Source: Bacteroidales bacterium
Lineage (GTDB): Bacteria > Bacteroidota > Bacteroidia > Bacteroidales > JAOZVK01
Length of the DNA: 43,990 bases
Assembly (NCBI GenBank): GCA_029938185.1
Contig: JAOZVK010000001.1
Location: 1 to 43,990 of the forward strand
Direction: 5' to 3'
The notes beneath the pieces were generated by a model. The model did no database searches, was not told where the DNA came from, and saw only the letters and a program-made list of their open reading frames with translations. Of this stretch, positions 38,566-43,990 are shown in pieces. Position 1 is the stretch's first letter. Every line of letters starts with the position of its first letter. A program made the translations under genes and the position numbers.

Positions 38566-38724
38566 ATGTTAGCACTAAAAGGAATATACGAAAATGGAAC
38601 AATAAAATTTGATAAACCAATAAATATAAAAAAAGCTGTAAAAGTTATTGTTATATTTATTGATGAAGAAATACAACTAAACTATCAAACAGTTGATACC
38701 AATAAAGAACATATTGCAAAATAA
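38566..38724 (+). CDS. small DUF104/AF2212-like antitoxin-type protein (52 aa), not in the supplied ORF track
   Basis: MLALKGIYENGTIKFDKPINIKKAVKVIVIFIDEE resembles the IYENGV.KP...L.EG..V.I pattern of small antitoxin-like proteins. No toxin partner is adjacent. Confidence 0.45.
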   Translation: MLALKGIYENGTIKFDKPINIKKAVKVIVIFIDEEIQLNYQTVDTNKEHIAK

Positions 38725-38845
38725 CCGGAAACATTTTTATACTCCGATTGAAACAAAAAAGTAACATTTAATACAATATACAATTTGTAAGTTTGTACAA
38801 GCTTTTCAGATAAAACAAAAGTCAAAAATATTTAATTTAATAATT

Positions 38846-40144
38846 ATGATTAACGATAAAGTGTTAAACTACAAAATTACTGTCTCGATAGGTAAAGGCG
38901 GTATGGCAGAGGTATTTAAAGCCGAACATCAAACTTTTGAGGATAGAAAAGTGGCAATAAAAATTCTCGACCCTGTGCTTGCTCGTAAAGAAAATATTGC
39001 GACACGATTTGTGAACGAAGCCAAAATTATGGCTAAATTGGAGCATCAGAATATTGTAAAAGTGGTTGATTTTGAGAAACGCACAGATATGCTCGCCATA
39101 ATAATGGAACTTCTCGAAGGAAAAAGCCTGACAGGATATATAAAACAAAAAGGAAAACTGCAAAAACAAGAAGCCATAGAAATTTTCAAACAAGCTTTGA
39201 GTGCTTTTGAATTTGCCCACAAACACAATGTAGTTCACCGTGATGTAAAACCCTCAAATATTTTTATAGAGACCCAAAAAGGCAATAATGTTAAAATACT
39301 TGATTTTGGTATAGCAAAACTATTAGAAAGCAATGCAAACGACACAAACACAGGTGCACAAATGGGAACACCTGTTTATATGAGTCCCGAACAAGTAAGA
39401 GACAGCAAAAATATTGACAGCCGAAGTGATATATACTCTTTGGGCGTAGTATTGTATTATATGCTTGCCGGAAAACCACCTTATGACAGTACAAGTCTCT
39501 CGAATTTTGATATTTACACAAAAATTGTAAATGAGCCGGTACCTGAACTGAGCACTCACCCCGAAATTAACAAAATAATAAAAAAAGCAACCGCCAAAAA
39601 ACCTGCTGATAGATACCAAACATGCAATGAGTTTGAAAAAGCACTCGAAGTAAACTTTGACAAAGTTCCAAACTTTGTCAAAGTTGAAACAAACAACGAA
39701 GATGAAACCCTAATAGACAACGAACAAAAAAACTTTGACAAAGTTCCAAACTTTGTCAAAGTTGAACCAAACGAAGATGTAACCCTAATAGACGACCCCG
39801 AAACTGAACTTTGGGACAAAATAAAAAACAAAACAGATATACAACTGTTTAAAAACTATTTGCAAAAATACCCAAATGGAAGATATAAAGAACAGGCAAG
39901 TAAAATAATTGATGCTAAAAACTTTGAAAAACAAAAAAACTTTGACAAAGTTCCAAACTTTGTCAAAGTTGAAACAAACAACGAAGATGAAACCTTAATT
40001 GACGACCCCGAAACCGAACTTTGGGACAAAATAAAAAACAAAACAGACATACAACTATTTAAAAACTACTTGCAAAAATACACAAATGGAAGATATAAAA
40101 AACTGGCAAGTAAAATAATTGATGCTAAAAACTTTGAAAAATAA
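38846..40144 (+). CDS. Hanks-type Ser/Thr protein kinase followed by 70-aa tandem repeats, terminated by a TAA inside a repeat
   Basis: GKGGMAEVF, VAIKIL, HRDVKPSNIF, DFGIAK and GTPVYMSPE. From 39653 the repeat units begin. The stop at 40142-40144 is CAA in the paralogous repeat copies. Confidence 0.9.
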   Translation: MINDKVLNYKITVSIGKGGMAEVFKAEHQTFEDRKVAIKILDPVLARKENIATRFVNEAKIMAKLEHQNIVKVVDFEKRTDMLAIIMELLEGKSLTGYIKQKGKLQKQEAIEIFKQALSAFEFAHKHNVVHRDVKPSNIFIETQKGNNVKILDFGIAKLLESNANDTNTGAQMGTPVYMSPEQVRDSKNIDSRSDIYSLGVVLYYMLAGKPPYDSTSLSNFDIYTKIVNEPVPELSTHPEINKIIKKATAKKPADRYQTCNEFEKALEVNFDKVPNFVKVETNNEDETLIDNEQKNFDKVPNFVKVEPNEDVTLIDDPETELWDKIKNKTDIQLFKNYLQKYPNGRYKEQASKIIDAKNFEKQKNFDKVPNFVKVETNNEDETLIDDPETELWDKIKNKTDIQLFKNYLQKYTNGRYKKLASKIIDAKNFEK

Positions 40145-40526
40145 AAAAACTTTGACAAAGTTCCAAACTTTGTCAAAGTTGAGACAAGCAACAATGATGA
40201 AACCTTAATTGATGACCCCGAAACCGAACTTTGGGAACAAATTAAAAATAAAAACGATATACAACTATTTAAAAACTATTTACAAAAATACCCAAATGGA
40301 AGATATAAAGAACAGGCAAGTAAAATAATTGATGCTAAAAACTTTGAAAAACAAAAAAACTTTGACAAAGTTCCAAACTTTGTCAAAGTTGAGACAAGCA
40401 ACAATGATGAAACCTTAATTGATGACCCCGAAACCGAACTTTGGGAACAAATTAAAAATAAAAACGATATACAACTATTTAAAAACTACTTGCAAAAATA
40501 CCCAAATGGTAGATATAAAAAACTGG
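39653..40526 (+). repeat. coding tandem repeat, 210-bp unit (one partial, three full, one partial), each unit starting with the REP-like palindrome
   Basis: Palindromes at 39653, 39731, 39938, 40148 and 40358. Spacing is exactly 210 bp for the last three. The unit encodes NFDKVPNFVKVE..ETLIDDPETELW..IKNK.DIQLFKNYLQKYPNGRYK..A.KIIDAKNFEKQK. Confidence 0.9.
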
Positions 40527-41308
40527 CAATAATTGAACAACCATCTGAGAATATAAAAAACTATACAGAAACTGTAAAAAGTGTAAGTTTTGATATGAAA
40601 GCTGTAGAAGGCGGAACATTCCAAATGGGAAGTAACGAAAACAGTGATGAAAAACCAATACACAGCGTAACAGTCCACAGTTATAATATGGGTAAATACG
40701 AAGTAACACAAAAACTATGGAAAGCAGTAATGGACAACAACCCAAGCCATTTTAAAGGAGACAATAGACCTGTTGAACAAGTTAGCTGGGATGATATACA
40801 AAAGTTTCTTAAAAAGCTAAACAAAATGACTAGTAAAAACTATCGCTTGCCCACAGAAACAGAATGGGAATATGCAGCCAGTGGAGGTAGCAAAATCCAA
40901 TCAACAATAGGTCGCATTTTGGAATGGAGGGAACATGTAGCTAGGGGTAGCACACACCAACAAAAATGGGCAGGTACAAATAGAAAAAGCTTGCTTGGCT
41001 CGTATGCTTGGTATAGCGACAACAGTGGCAGTAAAACACACAATGTAGGAACAAAACGTCCAAATAAACTTGGAATATACGATATGAGCGGAAACGTATG
41101 GGAATGGTGTCAAGACCATTGGCACAGTAATTACAACGGTGCACCAACAAATGGAAGAGCATGGACAAGTGGTAGTAGTTCGCGCCGTGTTATTCGTGGC
41201 GGCAGTTGGTATTACAACGCCAGTGGTTGTCGTGTGGCTTATCGGTACAGCTACAGTCAGGGCGAGCGTGCCTACAACTTGGGCTTTCGCCTTGTGTTTG
41301 TCCCGTAG
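40490..41308 (+). CDS. FGE-sulfatase (SUMF1/formylglycine-generating-enzyme-like) domain; same frame as the kinase ORF and open back to 40145
   Basis: GGTFQMGS..., YNMGKYEVTQKLW, RLPTETEWEYAASGG, GIYDMSGNVWEWCQD, RVIRGGSW and NLGFRLV. Confidence 0.85.
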   Translation: MQKYPNGRYKKLAIIEQPSENIKNYTETVKSVSFDMKAVEGGTFQMGSNENSDEKPIHSVTVHSYNMGKYEVTQKLWKAVMDNNPSHFKGDNRPVEQVSWDDIQKFLKKLNKMTSKNYRLPTETEWEYAASGGSKIQSTIGRILEWREHVARGSTHQQKWAGTNRKSLLGSYAWYSDNSGSKTHNVGTKRPNKLGIYDMSGNVWEWCQDHWHSNYNGAPTNGRAWTSGSSSRRVIRGGSWYYNASGCRVAYRYSYSQGERAYNLGFRLVFVP

Positions 41309-41334
41309 TTTAATGAATGCTTTTCTGGAAGCTC

Positions 41335-41352
41335 AACTTTGACAAAGTTCAA
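41335..41352. repeat. half REP-like palindrome (left arm only) just upstream of the RAYT-like gene
   Basis: AACTTTGACAAAGTTCAA with no matching right arm. Confidence 0.7.
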
Positions 41353-41386
41353 ACCTAAAATTTAAACCAACAAACTAAATTATAAG

Positions 41387-42004
41387 ATGAAATATTATAC
41401 AGAACAATTAGAACCCGATAAATATTATCACATTTATAATCATGCAGTAGGAAAACTGAATTTATTTATAAACAATGATAATTATGATTTTTTTCTTAAA
41501 AAATATTCACAACATATTTCACCTGTTGCCGATACTTTTGCTTATTGTTTAATGCCAAATCATTTTCATTTTGCTGTGCGTATAAAATCTGGTTCGAGTA
41601 TTTCAAGTTTGACAAAGTTTCAAAACTTTGTCAAAGTTCGCCATCGCAGTATAGAATTTTTTGTCAGTAAACAATTTTCTAATTTATTCAGCTCATATTC
41701 TCAGTCGTTCAACAAACAACAAAACCGAAGGGGTAGCCTGTTTGAGCGTCCTTTTAAAAGATTACATATAATTGACGATAAATATTTTCGTTCAATAATA
41801 CATTATATTCATTATAACCCTGTTCATCACGGTTTTGTTGATGATTTACGCAATTGGAAATATTCATCTTTCGAGAGTTTTTTTTCAGATAAAGCAACTC
41901 AACTAAAACGTGAAGAAGTAATAAATTGGTTCGATAATAAAGAAAATTTTTATGAATTTCATAAAAAAGAAATAGATGAAAAATTGATATTAGAGCTTGA
42001 ATAA
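41387..42004 (+). CDS. Y1 HUH transposase, IS200-like / REP-associated tyrosine transposase (RAYT) type, carrying an in-frame palindrome insertion
   Basis: YHIYNHAVGKLNLF, HUH motif MPNHFHFAV, GSLFERPFKR and catalytic-Tyr region HYIHYNPVHHGFV. Confidence 0.75.
   Translation: MKYYTEQLEPDKYYHIYNHAVGKLNLFINNDNYDFFLKKYSQHISPVADTFAYCLMPNHFHFAVRIKSGSSISSLTKFQNFVKVRHRSIEFFVSKQFSNLFSSYSQSFNKQQNRRGSLFERPFKRLHIIDDKYFRSIIHYIHYNPVHHGFVDDLRNWKYSSFESFFSDKATQLKREEVINWFDNKENFYEFHKKEIDEKLILELE
41606..41638. repeat. REP-like palindrome inside the RAYT-like coding sequence
   Basis: AGTTTGACAAAGTT-TCAAA-ACTTTGTCAAAGTT, translated as SLTKFQNFVKV between the HUH motif and the Tyr motif. Confidence 0.9.
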
Positions 42005-42038
42005 ATTTTTATTTAACTTAATAATCAACCTAATAATC

Positions 42039-42071
42039 AACTTTGACAAAGTTTAAAACTTTGTCAAAGTT
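42039..42071. repeat. REP-like 33-nt palindrome downstream of the RAYT-like gene
   Basis: AACTTTGACAAAGTT-TAA-AACTTTGTCAAAGTT. Confidence 0.9.
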
Positions 42072-42147
42072 TAAACAGACAAACTAAATATTAACTGTAT
42101 TTTGCTAAATCTAAATCAAATATTGGCTCAGAGAATAAGCAGTCAGA

Positions 42148-42205
42148 GGCAGGTGAAAAAATACCTACAGAGCGCAGTGATGTATTCAACTTTATGTGGA
42201 TAGCC
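42148..42205 (+). repeat. GC-rich repeat tail module (CAGGTG hairpin plus ..AACTTTATGTGGATAGCC)
   Basis: GGCAGGTGAAAAAATACCTACAGAGCGCAGTGATGTATTCAACTTTATGTGGATAGCC matches 37628-37683 and 43875-43931. Confidence 0.7.
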
Positions 42206-42348
42206 TTTTCAATTAATAAGTAGATAGCTATATAAAAATGTCACTTTTATTATTAATATTATTCTGTTTATCAGGTGTAAGCAAACTTTTAACTTTTATC
42301 TTTTAACTGTTCACTTACTTAGGTACAACTTTAATATGCCATAAAAAA

Positions 42349-43320
42349 ATGAATAACGAAATACTAATATACAAAACCGAAGACGGTAAAATAAAAATAG
42401 AAACTCATTTTGAAAATGAAACTGTTTGGCTAAATATAGAGCAAATAGCAGAGTTATTTCAAAAATCACGCTCTACTATAAATGAGCATATTCTTAATAT
42501 TTATAAAGAAGGTGAGCTTGAACAAGAAGAAACAAAGAGAAAAATCGGAATTTCCGATTTTTCTACTAAACCCACAAATTTCTATAATCTTGATGTTGTA
42601 ATTTCTGTAGGTTACCGAGTTAAATCGCAAATAGGTGTTCATTTTAGAAAATGGGCTACTAGCATAATCAAAGAATACATGATAAAAGGCTTTGCCATGA
42701 ATGACGAATTATTAAAACAAGCTGGCGGAGGCAATTATTTTGATGAACTATTGGCTCGTATTAGAGATATTCGTTCTTCTGAAAAAGTTTTTTGGCGTAA
42801 AGTCTTGGATATATATGCTACAAGCATAGATTATGACCCCAAATCAGAACATTCGATATTGTTCTTTAAAACAGTTCAAAACAAAATGCACTGGGCATCG
42901 CATGGCGAAACTGCTGCCGAAACCATATATCGTCGTGTTAATTCAGAAGAAAAAAATTTAGGATTGACAAATTTTAAAAAAGAAATTCCAACACAAAAAG
43001 AAACTGAAATAGCTAAGAATTACTTAGTAGAAAATGAATTGAATATGCTTAACCGAATGGTAACGGCCTATCTTGAAGTTGCAGAAATTCAAGCACTAAA
43101 TCAAATACCAATGTACATGGGTGATTGGATTAAACAATTGGACTCTTTTCTAACAATGACAGGAAAAGAGGTACTGCAACATTCCGGTACAGTAAGTCAT
43201 AAACAAGCAATTGAAAAAGCTCATACAGAATATAATAGGTACAAGGAGAAGGTAAAAAACAGAATATCTCAAGTTGAAAAGGATTTTATGAAACAAATTG
43301 AAAACAAAACGAAAAGATAA
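42349..43320 (+). CDS. RhuM-family (virulence protein RhuM-like) protein
   Basis: ETVWLNIEQIAELFQKSRSTINEHILNIY, YNLDVVISVGYRVKS and FRKWATSIIKEYMIKGF, typical of the RhuM family. Confidence 0.75.
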   Translation: MNNEILIYKTEDGKIKIETHFENETVWLNIEQIAELFQKSRSTINEHILNIYKEGELEQEETKRKIGISDFSTKPTNFYNLDVVISVGYRVKSQIGVHFRKWATSIIKEYMIKGFAMNDELLKQAGGGNYFDELLARIRDIRSSEKVFWRKVLDIYATSIDYDPKSEHSILFFKTVQNKMHWASHGETAAETIYRRVNSEEKNLGLTNFKKEIPTQKETEIAKNYLVENELNMLNRMVTAYLEVAEIQALNQIPMYMGDWIKQLDSFLTMTGKEVLQHSGTVSHKQAIEKAHTEYNRYKEKVKNRISQVEKDFMKQIENKTKR

Positions 43321-43587
43321 AAAAAATAAACGAATTGACTGCTTGTTCTCTTGCACAGAGCAACGCCTTAAACAAGTAATGTTGTTGCATATTGATAAAG
43401 ATAATTTTTTCAATAAAATGATAGATTATCAAATAAGCGAATTAAAACTTGGCTTATACAATATTGAAACAATTTGAGGAAAATCAAAAAAAATGTTGTG
43501 GTTTGAAACATGTCACATATTCTTACTTATATTCGTTGCATGTTGTTATATTTTAAAAATTGTAATGAAAATCAATAACATAACTGC

Positions 43588-43631
43588 CTACTGTCGGCGT
43601 GGCTTCAATGCCACACCGACAGTTTTAAACA
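43588..43631 (+). repeat. GC-rich hairpin module (second copy)
   Basis: CTGTCGGCGTGGC-TTCAAT-GCCACACCGACAG, with the same stem (including one C/A mismatch) as 37570-37600. Confidence 0.75.
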
Positions 43632-43701
43632 GGCAAAATGTAACAAACCAGTACAACTTTTTGAAATTTCCGAAATACTAAAAAAATGAAGCTACAAATA
43701 A

Positions 43702-43869
43702 AACAACCTTCAAATATCAGCTCTTTTTGAACGAGATAAGTCTGTTATTTCAAGGCATATAAATAATGTTTTTAAAGAACAGGAATTAGAAGGAAATTCA
43801 ACTGTTGCAAAATATGCAACAGTTCAAAAAGAGGGCGAAAAAAAAATTATCAGAAATATTGATTTTTGG
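43702..43869 (+). pseudogene. N-terminal fragment of a second RhuM-like gene, with no start codon, truncated by a repeat
   Basis: The open frame NNLQISALFERDKSVISRHINNVFKEQELEGNSTVAKYATVQKEGEKKIIRNIDFW parallels residues ~28-85 of the gene at 42349. Homology stops where the repeat at 43875 begins. Confidence 0.45.
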
Positions 43870-43874
43870 TCAGC

Positions 43875-43931
43875 GGCAGGTGAATACACCTGCCGAGCGC
43901 AGTAAACTATCCAACTTTACGTGGGTAGCCC
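43875..43931 (+). repeat. GC-rich repeat tail module (third copy)
   Basis: GGCAGGTGAATACACCTGCCGAGCGCAGTAAACTATCCAACTTTACGTGGGTAGCCC. Confidence 0.7.
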
Positions 43932-43990
43932 ACAAGCCATCGCCGTCAGGCTAACACATAACTATCTATTATTTAACATATAACATTGTT

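Noticed and set aside
39653-40526. Regularly spaced palindromic repeats as a possible CRISPR array.
   Set aside because: The period is 210 bp. The sequences between palindromes are near-identical to each other, not unique spacers. The whole array is an open reading frame continuous with the kinase, and there are no cas genes.
38864-41342. Many short ORFs overlapping the kinase/FGE genes. These are minus-strand 38864-39238, 39046-39228, 39291-39619, 39556-39831, 39856-40050, 40475-40745 and 40840-41168, and plus-strand 41139-41342.
   Set aside because: They overlap a reading frame with unmistakable kinase and FGE motifs and have no motifs of their own.
43493-43681. Plus-strand 62-aa ORF.
   Set aside because: It spans the GC-rich hairpin repeat, has an odd composition, and has no supporting motif or context.

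Overview
Strongly AT-rich chromosomal segment. It is probably from a Bacteroidota-type bacterium, judging by ftsK-lolA and rimP-nusA-infB synteny, signal peptides ending in ..AQ, and a TAnnTTTG-like -7 box. Positions 1-24.3 kb are mostly housekeeping genes: ftsK, lolA-like, miaA, pyrE, a NUDIX hydrolase, lipB, a pseudouridine synthase, infB, nusA, rimP and pyrC. This part is interrupted by a frameshifted IS110-family transposase, a decayed IS1-like element that truncates a hybrid histidine kinase, and many short dispersed repeats. Positions 24.3-44 kb are accessory and conflict-gene rich. They hold a fused type IIG restriction-modification enzyme, two secreted TPR proteins, and a P-loop ATPase fused to a Swt1-type HEPN domain. 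They also hold an MNT/HEPN toxin-antitoxin pair and a very acidic repeat protein. Next comes a zinc-ribbon-FHA protein, a signal-peptide caspase-like protease, and a Ser/Thr kinase joined through 210-bp tandem repeats to an FGE-sulfatase domain; that reading frame is broken by a single in-frame TAA. The region ends with a Y1/HUH (RAYT-like) transposase, a RhuM-family gene and a RhuM fragment. The most unusual signals are three. (i) A 33-nt palindrome occurs 11 times only around the RAYT-like gene, and some copies are translated in frame inside coding sequences, including the kinase linker and the transposase itself. (ii) A ~105-bp dispersed element starts TAAGGTCTTCGACC, has about 20 copies, and often abuts or supplies stop codons. 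(iii) The FHA / caspase / kinase-FGE cluster is a candidate signalling or cell-death module. No rRNA, tRNA or CRISPR array was seen. All functional calls come from motif recognition by eye, not from database searches.
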